Positions 17,543 through 26,300 of a DNA stretch of 64,000 nucleotides are shown here, piece after piece. Each line of letters opens with the position of its first letter. Within the stretch, counting starts at the first letter, position 1. The notes under the pieces are model-generated. The model did no database searches. It was not told the DNA's origin and saw only the letters and a program-made list of their open reading frames with translations. Both the position numbers and the translations under genes were made by a program. Source of the DNA: Verrucomicrobiota bacterium (GTDB taxonomy: Bacteria; Verrucomicrobiota; Verrucomicrobiia; Limisphaerales; JBFMBT01); assembly GCA_040754875.1 (NCBI GenBank), contig JBFMBT010000001.1, positions 3,937 to 67,936 of the forward strand. The letters are read 5' to 3'.

Positions 17543-17815
17543 ATGCTCCTCGCGCGCGTCGAAGGCAACGTGGTCGCCACCCGGAAGCATCCGAGCCTCA
17601 ACGGCTGGCGGTTGGTGATCTGCCAGCCGATCAACCATGCGGGGCAACCGGAGGGCACGCCGCAGGTCGCCATCGATCCGCACGGCGCGGGCATGCACCA
17701 GCGCGTGGTGATTTCGTCGGATGGTTCGGCGGCGCGCAACGCGGTGAAGGACCCGAAAAGCCCGGCGCGCTGGATCATCATTGGAATCGTGGACGAGAGC
17801 GCAGATTTGAAATGA
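17543..17815 (+). CDS. BMC-P vertex protein
   Basis: MLLARVEGNVVATRK ... AIDPHGAGMHQRVVIS ... IIIGIVDE. Confidence 0.9.
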   Translation: MLLARVEGNVVATRKHPSLNGWRLVICQPINHAGQPEGTPQVAIDPHGAGMHQRVVISSDGSAARNAVKDPKSPARWIIIGIVDESADLK

Positions 17816-17960
17816 CGAATGACGAAGTTCAAATGACGAAAGAAATCCGAAATCGGAAAAAAGATGGAACGCAGAAGTCTGCATCGGCGGATTGCACGAC
17901 CTTTGGCGTTTCGGAATTCGGCGTTCGGGCTTCTTTCGTCATTCGTCATTCGTCATTCGG
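17811..17960. repeat. ~150-nt hairpin spanning the whole BMC-P2 / BMC-P3 intergenic region
   Basis: Left arm AATGACGAATGACGAAGTTCAAATGACGAAAGAAATCCGAAATCGG starts in the stop codon. Right arm TCGGAATTCGGCGTTCGGGCTTCTTTCGTCATTCGTCATTCGTCATTCGG ends 13 nt before the next ATG. It contains 7-mer tandem CGTCATT x3 and inverted AATGACG x3. Confidence 0.8.
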
Positions 17961-17972
17961 ATTTGTTTTCTA

Positions 17973-18275
17973 ATGCGTTTAGGAACTGTCATCGGCCGAG
18001 TCACGTTGAGCAAGGCGGCGCCTTCGCTGGAGGGCGCGCGCTGGCTGATTGTCAGCCCCTTCAACCGCGAACATTTTCAGCAGGGCACCGTGGAAATCAC
18101 GGGCCTGAGCAAGGAACCGAGCCTGGTCGTTTACGACAATCTGGGCGGCGGTGTGGGAAATACAATCGGCTTCATCGAAGGCCGCGAGGCGGCGCAACCG
18201 TTCGACAAACCCACGCCCATCGACGCCATCAACGCCGCGCTCGTGGATGAAATCTTTTATAAACCGGCCTCATGA
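17973..18275 (+). CDS. BMC-P vertex protein (divergent third paralog)
   Basis: MRLGTVIGRVTLSK ... VVYDNLGGGVGNTIGFIEG ... DAINAALVDEI. Start chosen at the ATG at 17973, after the hairpin. Confidence 0.85.
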   Translation: MRLGTVIGRVTLSKAAPSLEGARWLIVSPFNREHFQQGTVEITGLSKEPSLVVYDNLGGGVGNTIGFIEGREAAQPFDKPTPIDAINAALVDEIFYKPAS

Positions 18276-19333
18276 AAAAAGTTATCAGTGCCAAAGACAT
18301 TGAAGAGTTGTTGAGCAAGGGCGGCGATGTGAAGTCGCTGCCCAAGGACGCACTTATCACGCCGTCGGCCCGCGATCTGATCCGCAGCCTGGAAATGCCG
18401 TCCGGCGGCAAAACGCCCGCCAAGCCGGGCAAAGGCGCATCCAAAACCGCTGCTGCGCCGACCAAACCTGTGACTTCGAAGAGTTCGAAGGCGGAACTCG
18501 ACGCGTACTTCAATTCGCCGAAGCTGCACGAACTGAAGCTGCAGATTTGCGACATCGGCCGCCGCTTGTGGCAGCGCGCGTATGTGGATGGCAACGGCGG
18601 CAACATCGCGATTCGCGTGGGCGAAGACATCGCGTTGTGCACGCCGACGCTGGTGTCCAAGGGTTTCATGCAACCCGAGGACATGTGCCTGGTGGACCTG
18701 GAAGGCAACCAACTGGCGGGCACGAAGAAGCGCACGAGCGAAATTTTGATGCACCTGCAAATCATGAAGAAGCAGCCGCGCGCGGTGGCGACGGTGCATT
18801 GTCATCCGCCCTACAGCACGGGGTTCGCCGTGGCCGGTGTTGAGCCGCCGACCTGCATGATTCCCGAGTTCGAGGTGTTTTCGTCGGTGGCGATTGCGCC
18901 GTATCGCACGCCCGGCACGCCGGAAATGGGCAAGCTCGTTGCGGAGTTGGTGGACAAGCACAACACGATCTTGATGGCGAATCATGGCGTCGTTACGTGG
19001 AGCCACAACAACGTCGAGGACGCTTATTTCAAAATGGAAATTCTCGAGGCGTATTGCCGGACGATTTTGGTGGCGGCGCAGTTGGGCAAGCCGTCGCAAA
19101 CGATGACGCCGACGCAATTGCAGGATTTGCTGAAGATCAAGCAGAGCCTCGGCATTCCGGACCCGCGTCATGGCCTGAAGGAATGCGAATTGTGCGACAA
19201 CCAGGAGTGGCGTCCGGGCGTGATGTGCGCGGTCGAGCCGAAAACCGGAAACGCACCGGCGGCCAGTTACGATGCCGAGGCCGAAGCGGCCGTGCAGGCG
19301 ATCACGGACCAGATCATGGCGAAGATGAAGTGA
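18272..19333 (+). CDS. class II aldolase (fuculose/rhamnulose-phosphate aldolase type) with N- and C-terminal extensions
   Basis: YVDGNGGNIAIRVG, HCHPPYSTGFAV and MANHGVVTW are class II aldolase/adducin motifs. It has a ~80-aa N-terminal extension (ISAKDIEELLSKGGDVKSLPKDALITPSARDLI + Pro/Lys linker) and a C-terminal amphipathic helix AEAAVQAITDQIMAKMK (encapsulation-peptide-like). ATGA overlap with the preceding gene. Confidence 0.85.
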   Translation: MKKVISAKDIEELLSKGGDVKSLPKDALITPSARDLIRSLEMPSGGKTPAKPGKGASKTAAAPTKPVTSKSSKAELDAYFNSPKLHELKLQICDIGRRLWQRAYVDGNGGNIAIRVGEDIALCTPTLVSKGFMQPEDMCLVDLEGNQLAGTKKRTSEILMHLQIMKKQPRAVATVHCHPPYSTGFAVAGVEPPTCMIPEFEVFSSVAIAPYRTPGTPEMGKLVAELVDKHNTILMANHGVVTWSHNNVEDAYFKMEILEAYCRTILVAAQLGKPSQTMTPTQLQDLLKIKQSLGIPDPRHGLKECELCDNQEWRPGVMCAVEPKTGNAPAASYDAEAEAAVQAITDQIMAKMK

Positions 19334-19395
19334 ACCACGAATGCAGAGAGACCTGTGATTCGTGTTTGTTCGTGTTCATTCGTGGTTAAGTTTTT
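19333..19395 (+). repeat. hairpin with alternative pairings, followed by a T5 run, directly before the ldh-like start
   Basis: AACCACGAATG (19333-19343) is complementary to CATTCGTGGTT (19377-19387). The loop holds two further degenerate copies (GATTCGTGT, TGTTCGTGT; period 10). AAGTTTTT then precedes the ATG at 19396. Confidence 0.7.
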
Positions 19396-20322
19396 ATGAA
19401 AGTAACGATCATCGGCGGCGGTGGACGGGTGGGCGCGTGTTCCGCGTTCGCGTTGCAGTGCGGCGGCATCGTGTCGGAGTTGCAGATTCTTGATGCGAAC
19501 AATGACATGGCCGAGGGCGAAGCGCTGGATTTGCTGCATGGCAGCGCGATGTCTTCAGACCAGCGCATCTACGCGGGCGATTACCAGCGCGCGGCGGACA
19601 GCGACATTTTTCTCATCACCGCCGGCCTGCGCCGTAAGCCGGACGAATCGCGCCTCGATCTCATCAATCGTAACGTCGCGCTGTTCGTCCAGATTCTCGA
19701 CAGCATCAAAAGCGCGGGCTTCAAGAAGGACGCCATCGTGTTCGTGGTGTCGAACCCAGTGGACATTCTCACGCACCTGGCGACCGACCGTCTCGGGTTG
19801 CCCTGGAACCAGGTCATCGGCCTGGGAACGATGCTGGACACCTCGCGCTTCTGCTCGTTCATCGCGGATGAATTGAAACTCGCGCCGACACAAGTAAAGG
19901 CGCTCATCCTCGGCGAGCATGGCGATTCGATGATTCCGGTCTGGTCGTCGGCATCGGTGAACGGCTGGCCGCTGGCGGGCCTGCCGAATTTCAACCCTGG
20001 TTTTCAATCACGCATCTTCGAGCGCACGCGCGGCAGCGGCGCCGAAGTCATCAAGAAGAAAGGCGGCGCCGGCTGGGCGGTGGCGATTTCGATCCGTGAA
20101 GTCATCAATGCCATCGCGCTGAATCAGAAACGGCTGCTGCCGGTGTCGTCGTTGCAAAAGGGCGCGTACGGCATCCGCGACATCTGCCTGAGCGTGCCAA
20201 CGGTGGTGGGCCGCGGCGGCGCACTGGAGCACATCGAGATTGAACTGTGGCCGAAGGAAAAGACCGGGCTGCAGAATTCGGCCAAGGCGCTGAAAGAGAC
20301 GCTGGCGAAGGTGAAGGCGTAG
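19396..20322 (+). CDS. LDH/MDH-family 2-hydroxyacid dehydrogenase
   Basis: MKVTIIGGGGRVGACSAFAL (Rossmann), ITAGLRRKPDESRLDL (Arg in the R-K-P position, MDH-like), VVSNPVDILTH, GEHGDSMIPVWS. Confidence 0.85.
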   Translation: MKVTIIGGGGRVGACSAFALQCGGIVSELQILDANNDMAEGEALDLLHGSAMSSDQRIYAGDYQRAADSDIFLITAGLRRKPDESRLDLINRNVALFVQILDSIKSAGFKKDAIVFVVSNPVDILTHLATDRLGLPWNQVIGLGTMLDTSRFCSFIADELKLAPTQVKALILGEHGDSMIPVWSSASVNGWPLAGLPNFNPGFQSRIFERTRGSGAEVIKKKGGAGWAVAISIREVINAIALNQKRLLPVSSLQKGAYGIRDICLSVPTVVGRGGALEHIEIELWPKEKTGLQNSAKALKETLAKVKA

Positions 20323-20369
20323 CAAAAATCACAGTTCCACGACACCCAAAGACATGTTAGATTGGCTGC

Positions 20370-20630
20370 ATGAGCAGTGTGACACTTGAAATTCCGGCCG
20401 AGTTCGCTCGAAGCTTTGGCGCGACTGATGAAGAAGCCGCGCGCAACGCCAAGATCGAACTTGCGATTGAGATGTACCGGGAGGGCAAGTGGTCCACTGG
20501 CAAGGCAGCGGAATTTGCTGGCATGTACACGGGAAAGTTCCTGGACCTGTTGCGCGAGCGGAAGATTGACCGGCCCTACACGCCGGAAATGTTGGAACAG
20601 GACATAAAGCATGCTGGCGGTCGTGTGTGA
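20370..20630 (+). CDS. UPF0175-family antitoxin
   Basis: 86 aa. IELAIEMYREGKWSTGKAAEFAGMYTGKFLDLLRERKI matches the UPF0175 pattern. Overlaps the downstream DUF3368 gene by 20 nt. Confidence 0.75.
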   Translation: MSSVTLEIPAEFARSFGATDEEAARNAKIELAIEMYREGKWSTGKAAEFAGMYTGKFLDLLRERKIDRPYTPEMLEQDIKHAGGRV

Positions 20631-21111
20631 CTCATCACCTTTGGTTTATCTGTCGAAACTAAATCAGTTCCAAATTCTGGAACAGATTTATGACAGCGTG
20701 TTGGTCCCACCTGCGGTTTGGCGCGAGGTCGCGGTGGGAGGGGAGGGTCTGCCAGAATCAGCAAACCTAAAGGCCGCCGTGGCACAAGGGTGGGTCAAAG
20801 TCGAGACCCCTAGCCCACTTGAGGCAATCCAGCTATCCGCCGAGTTGGGCAAGGGGGAAACCCAAGCAATCCTTCTGGCCAAAGAACGCGGCGCGGTACT
20901 GGTGACAGATGATGGTTTGGGGCGAAGCGCCGCAGAGTCCATTGGTGTCGAAGTGACCGGCACAATAGGTGTCCTGATTAAGGGAAAACGCACAGGTCGC
21001 ATTTCTGCGATTAGGCCTCTCGTCGATAGTTTGCGACAGGAGACAAACTTTCGCATGACTGACAAACTTTATCGTGACGCGCTGGCGCAAGCGGGTGAAC
21101 CTCAATCCTAA
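20611..21111 (+). CDS. DUF3368-family PIN-like toxin
   Basis: VCDSSPLVYLSKLNQFQILEQIYDSVLVPPAVWREV ... LGKGETQAILLAKERGAVLVTDDGLGRSAAESIGVEVTGTIGVLIKGK matches the DUF3368 pattern. Confidence 0.75.
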   Translation: MLAVVCDSSPLVYLSKLNQFQILEQIYDSVLVPPAVWREVAVGGEGLPESANLKAAVAQGWVKVETPSPLEAIQLSAELGKGETQAILLAKERGAVLVTDDGLGRSAAESIGVEVTGTIGVLIKGKRTGRISAIRPLVDSLRQETNFRMTDKLYRDALAQAGEPQS

Positions 21112-21113
21112 AA

Positions 21114-22400
21114 ATGAAATCACTCGACGCCAAACTGGCCGACATCAAGGCGAACCGTTCTTCGCGCGCGTTCATCATTGCCGACGCGAAGGACGCGGAC
21201 ATGGCCTTTGGCGTGCGCGCGCCGGGACCGCGCTCTTATCTGGCGAAAAAGGGCGCGCACGCGGCGCAGTTTTCCCCCGAGGTCTGGACGCGCGACGAAT
21301 TCGCCCAGCGCAATCTGCCCGAGTTCCTCGACATCATCCGCGAAGTGGTTCACCAGGGCGTCGTGGACATTGTGCTGATGTCCGCTTCGGTGAACGAACA
21401 ACTCACCATCAAGGAAGGGCTGTTCAAGAATTCGCACATCACACCCGCCGCCCGCGCGAATGACGCCACCGATGTTTGGGCCATCCGCCATGGCAGCTAC
21501 GTCAAGCAACCCGCCCAGCCGTTTCGCTCGGCGACCATCGACCATATTCAATGCGGCAGGATTGAATGCGACCGCACCACCGGCGAATTCCCCGGCGCCA
21601 ATCTCGGCCTGTACTCGGTCACGTTCGTCAACGACCTCGAGCAGGACCGCAAGACCCTGCTGGCCTTCAAGGAATTTCGCGAAGAAGCCGAGCGCAAGCA
21701 GTTCCAATATTTCCTCGAAGTCTTCGACCCCAACGTCAACAGCGGCATCCCGCCGGAGAAGCTGGGCGAATTTATCAACGACAATATTCTCCGCAACCTC
21801 GCCGCCGTGACTGAAGCGGGCCGGCCGCGTTTCCTGAAGATCGTTTATCACGGGCCGCGCTTCATGGAGGAACTCGCCCAATACGATCCGAATCTTGTGG
21901 TGGGCATCCTCGGTGGCGGCGCGGGCACGACGTATGACGCCTTCAAGCTCATTCATGACGCGCAAAAGTACGGCGCGCGCGTCGCGTTGTATGGCCGCAA
22001 GATCAACAACGCCGAGCATCAACTGGCGTTCATCGAGATGTTGCGCCTCATCACCGACGGCCGCATTTCGCCGGAGGAAGCCGTGCGCGCGTATCACGCG
22101 GTGCTCAAGGCGAAGCATATCGCGCCCAAGCTTTCACTGGAAAAAGACCTCGAACTGACCGATCAATCGATGAGCTACGATTCGAACAGCCGCGCGCGTT
22201 CAGTCGTTACCGTTACGCAAAAGCCGTCCTTCAAACCCGGCACGAAGCCTGCCGTGAAAACACCGCAGCCCACCGCCACCTCGCGCAATCCCGAAGCGCC
22301 CTGGCCCGTCAAAGCCGACGGCAAACCCGACTTCGCCAAAATGAATTCCGCCCAACGCCGCGCCTACGACAAGGCCCGCCTGACCCGCATCTACGGTTGA
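21114..22400 (+). CDS. hypothetical protein, aldolase-type TIM-barrel-like (DeoC/LacD/FbaB-like) with Pro/Lys-rich C-terminal tail
   Basis: 428 aa. FIIADAKDADMAFG, FLKIVYHGPRF (candidate Schiff-base Lys) and GILGGGAGTTYDAFKLIHDAQKYGARVALYGRKINNAE resemble class I aldolase barrels. Starts 3 nt after the toxin stop. Weak, memory-based call. Confidence 0.4.
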   Translation: MKSLDAKLADIKANRSSRAFIIADAKDADMAFGVRAPGPRSYLAKKGAHAAQFSPEVWTRDEFAQRNLPEFLDIIREVVHQGVVDIVLMSASVNEQLTIKEGLFKNSHITPAARANDATDVWAIRHGSYVKQPAQPFRSATIDHIQCGRIECDRTTGEFPGANLGLYSVTFVNDLEQDRKTLLAFKEFREEAERKQFQYFLEVFDPNVNSGIPPEKLGEFINDNILRNLAAVTEAGRPRFLKIVYHGPRFMEELAQYDPNLVVGILGGGAGTTYDAFKLIHDAQKYGARVALYGRKINNAEHQLAFIEMLRLITDGRISPEEAVRAYHAVLKAKHIAPKLSLEKDLELTDQSMSYDSNSRARSVVTVTQKPSFKPGTKPAVKTPQPTATSRNPEAPWPVKADGKPDFAKMNSAQRRAYDKARLTRIYG

Positions 22401-22636
22401 TTGCGGGTCGCGCTCCCCTGTAGCAGCCGAGGTAACGAGGCTCTGAATGATGAGCCACCCATGGCTGCCTTCTCCAACGGGCCCGCGACCTCCAAGGCGC
22501 ACGCATGTCGCTCGGTTCACCATCCAATTCCAACCGTCATGATTGTCCGTTGCTTTGCTCCGCGCGAAGCGTCCTGGAGTGCGCCAGTTCGCTTGCTTCG
22601 AGGCACTCGGAACATAGTAAATGTCAGTATCACTTC

Positions 22637-22664
22637 TTGACACGCAAGTTTTAGATGCTAAATT
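22637..22664 (+). promoter_or_regulatory. strong sigma70-like promoter with extended -10
   Basis: TTGACA (22637-22642), 16 nt, then TGcTAAATT (-10 TAAATT at 22659-22664). It lies in an ~0.9-kb ORF-poor gap, ~660 nt upstream of the 23329 start. Confidence 0.45.
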
Positions 22665-23328
22665 GCCCTCAGCAAGGCGTCCCTGCCATGCCTTGCGCAA
22701 AAGGAGGCTCCGGCCAACCCGGCCCCGGCCCCCCAACGATAGCGACCCGGTAGCGCATGAAACACCGCCAACCCGAGCCAGGTCTGCGCTTGGAACTCCA
22801 GGCGCCGCGCACCCCTTTGTACCCCAACTGGTTGCCCACTGGCGTCCCTTGGGTTTTGGCGTTTGCCGTCCCCAACCCTTTGCGGCGTTTTCCACCTCGT
22901 TCCACCTTTTTCCAGCCTCTTCCGTATTGCCGGAGAGATTTTTTCAGGGAGCAACGCCCTCTTGGGGCCGCGGCGGGTTCCCCCACCTCCATGATGGTTC
23001 ACGTACATCCACGTAAATCCACATCAGCCCCATGCAAAAAATTTGTTTGCGGTTCACCCGTTTTACGCCCGGCTGCCATTTCGCGTCCTTGGAGTTTGGA
23101 TTTTGCCGCTTGAAGTTTCCCGGGCATCACGCAACCGCGCCGCACGCGCTGTTCGCGGCCCCCTCCCCCCTGACGAACTCTGAACCCGAACCCTGAACCG
23201 TTGCGCCTGGACCTCGAACCAGCCTTCCAAATGGCGAATCGAATTGTAATTGTTTGCGCCTTTGGGTTATTGCACTCATTACCGTGATGAACGACTCTGA
23301 ATCAAAGGGGCTCTCTTGCGCCGGTTTC

Positions 23329-26300
23329 ATGGCGCGTCTCCGGAGCGCGGCAATCGCCTGGTGCCTACTGTCCTGCGCCCCCGTGTGGGCTCAAACCGAT
23401 CCCTCGCCGGACCACGCCACGGTTTCGCAGGCGGTTGACGTCGTGAAAGTATGGCAGGCGCATCAGCGCCTTTACGTGGCCGGGAACATCGGCGTCAGTT
23501 CGGCACGCCTTGATGAACTGGAACGTTGGCTGGATTCAAATGCGAAGAACTGGACCGTTGTTTTGGTGGAAAGCGCCCGCGGTGAATTCTATCGCGACTC
23601 CGAAGGTTCCAGTTTCTACCTGGTCGATGCCGTCGAGCACGCCCTGGGCAAGGGGCTTTCCAATGAGACTCCGTTCGGGCTGCTGACCGACCCCCGGACG
23701 CAGGAGAAGAACGGCGCGGTATTTGTCCTCTTTCTCAAGGACCGGCAGTTTTCCTATTTTGGCTCCGATGTGTATGACAATCGCGGTCTGGGCGAAAAGC
23801 ATTTCAAAAACATGCTCGACCGTCCGGCCATCGCCGCGATGCGCGGGGGCGGCCGCATCGTTGACGCGGTCAAGGACACGATCATCGACATCGATAAAAG
23901 GCTCGCCCAACGCATCCAGAACGAAATCGAATCGCGCGAAAAGGCCGCCCGCGAAACCAGAACCACCCTCGCCAGCGCGGGCGAGGCGTTGCGGCTATTG
24001 GAACGCAAATCGGCGGACCTGAAGGAAAGCAAGCCGCACCTTTACGGCGACCTCGCCGAACCCGGTGTGCCGCAGTTTCGCGGCGAACTGGCTTCCGCCG
24101 AGGCGATCGCGGCCAGCGATCCGGTCAAGGCGTTGGGAACGGCCAAGCGCGTCCGCGAGCGGTGCGAACAGTTGATCAAGGGCATCGAGCAATATCCCGG
24201 CGACGTCGTGCGCTTCGATTCGCTGGGCCAGCGGCTCGAACGCCAGAGCAAGGCAAAGTATGCGGGCGCTGCTTCGCGCGAAATTCAGAGCGCCCGGGCG
24301 GCGCTCCAGGCGGCACAGGAGGAATACAAGAAGGGCAATTACGCTTACGCGCCGCAGTTGCAAGCCGCCGAGACCGCCGTCATCGCCGTTGAACGCGCCG
24401 TGGCCAGCGCCGTGCGCGGGGCCCAACTCGCCCGCAATGCCGGCATCGGCGCCGGCTTTGGCGTGTTGATTCTCATTGGCGCCGTCGGCTGGGGATTTAA
24501 CCGCCGCCGGTTGCCAGTAAAATTGGAGGCGTTGAAATTGCTCAAGACCTGGGAGGAGGCCCTCGCTTTGAAGAACGGCGCGCTCGTCGAGTTGCTGGAC
24601 CGCCGTCTCACCGTCGTCGGCAGTTCCAGAGAGGAAATCAAATCACAGTTCACCGGCGAAACCCTCCAGCTTGCCGAGCAGGTGGTGAAGGATGTCGATG
24701 CGCTGTTCATCATGACCGCGTGCGCGGACCGCGTGTTGCACGAGGCCCGCAAGCTGTGCGAGCCGTCGGGCAGTTCGAGCCAGTTGACCAATCTGTTTGG
24801 CGCGCGCAATTTCCGCGCCGCGATTCACCGCCTCAGCGAGGAACCCATCACCTTCAAGCCCGAGGAAGCCCTCGAATTCGCGATCAAAGGCACGCGCCAG
24901 ACCCACAGCGGCCTGGCGGGCGAACGCGCGGCCCAGGCCGGATTCTCCATGTCGTTCATCCACCTGATGCGCGAGTTCGAGCAGCGCGCCAAACGTTCCG
25001 TCGCCGCGCTGGATGAAATCGAATCCAGCCTCGTCAATGTCGAAACCACCATCAACGCCAGCCGCAAGGTGATTGCCGGAATCGCGGAACAGGAGGCATC
25101 GCTCTCGCAAACGGCGCAGACCCCGTGCTTTGGCGTGCCGGCCTTGTTTGCGGACGTGTTGCCCGCGATTGGCGAAGAGTTGGACAAGGCGTCCGAAGTG
25201 GGCGTGCGCGATCCGGTGGCCGCCGTGCGCAATCTTGTTCCCGAAGCGCAGCGCAAAACCGAGGAAGCCAAAGCCCTTGCCGACCTCGCCATCACCGCGC
25301 GCCAGCAAATCCTGCCGAAACTCGTGGAAACCACCCAACTCCTGCGCGCCACCGGGCTTTCGGCGGCGTGGCCCGAGCAGGAATTTGCGTTGATGTCCCG
25401 GCAGACGGATGACCTGCTGCCGACGTTGCTTCAACGCACCGTCAACGTCGAAATCCAGGCCTTGCGCCAGCGGCTGGAGCGGCTTTCCGAGCGCATCCAT
25501 GAGACGCTCGAACTCGAAAAGACCCGGCGCGAACTGGCCCTGCCGGCCATCCAGCGCGCCGTCAGCGGCATCGAGTCCATCCGCGCCGACATCGCGAGCC
25601 GCCTGTCGTTGCGCGCGCAAGACGCGTTGCGCGAACCGGGCGCGGAGCCGTCCGAACTGATGCAACGCGCCGCCGCCGAAGCCGAATCCGCGCGCCTGGC
25701 GCTGGATCGCGGCGATACGGGCGCCGCGCGCAATGCGCTGGACATGGCGAACCAGTTGACCGGCGAGGCCAACGCCATGGTGGACGCCACCCGCAAGGCG
25801 TTCGAGGAGCATGAATTGCTCGCCAAAAAGTTGCGCACCGAAACCGCGCGCATCGAAGCGCTGTTGCCCGAACACGCGCGCATCCTGCGCGTGATTCAGG
25901 AAAACTATGCCGCCTCGGTGCTGCCGCTGGGCAGCGGCGATCCGGCGCATCCCAACGCCAACGGCACCATCGCGGATAACTTGCAGGAGGCGAAATCCAG
26001 CCTCGACCGGGCCAACGCGTTGACCGACGAAGCCGTCGGCGAATTTCGCGCCGCGCAAATCCTGAAGGCGGCGGACCAATTGCGCCGCGTGCAAGGGCTC
26101 CACGAGTTCGCCTTGTTCCGCTTGCAGGAAATCGCCGACAAGGAAAAGCGCCTGGGCGATGCCGTCACCGCCAATGGCCGCTCGCTGGCGGAGTTGGACA
26201 ACGACGCCCGCCAGTTAAGCACCACCGTCGATGACGCGCGCACCATGAACGCCACGGTCAGTGCGTTCGCCCAGGCCAAGGCCCAGTTGGAAGCCGCCCG

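Noticed and set aside
22200-23113. ORFs 22200-22895 (minus, 231 aa) and 22757-23113 (plus, 118 aa) as genes filling the gap
   Set aside because: They are Gly/Arg/Pro-rich with no motifs. They overlap each other and the 3' end of the aldolase-like gene. They are more likely non-coding leader or repeat DNA.
23150-23225. tRNA-like T-arm (GGTTCGAGGTCC on the minus strand)
   Set aside because: The surrounding sequence is the GGTTCAGGGTTCGGGTTCAGAGTTCG word repeat. No acceptor, D or anticodon stems could be built. It is a member of the same family as the vsr insertion.
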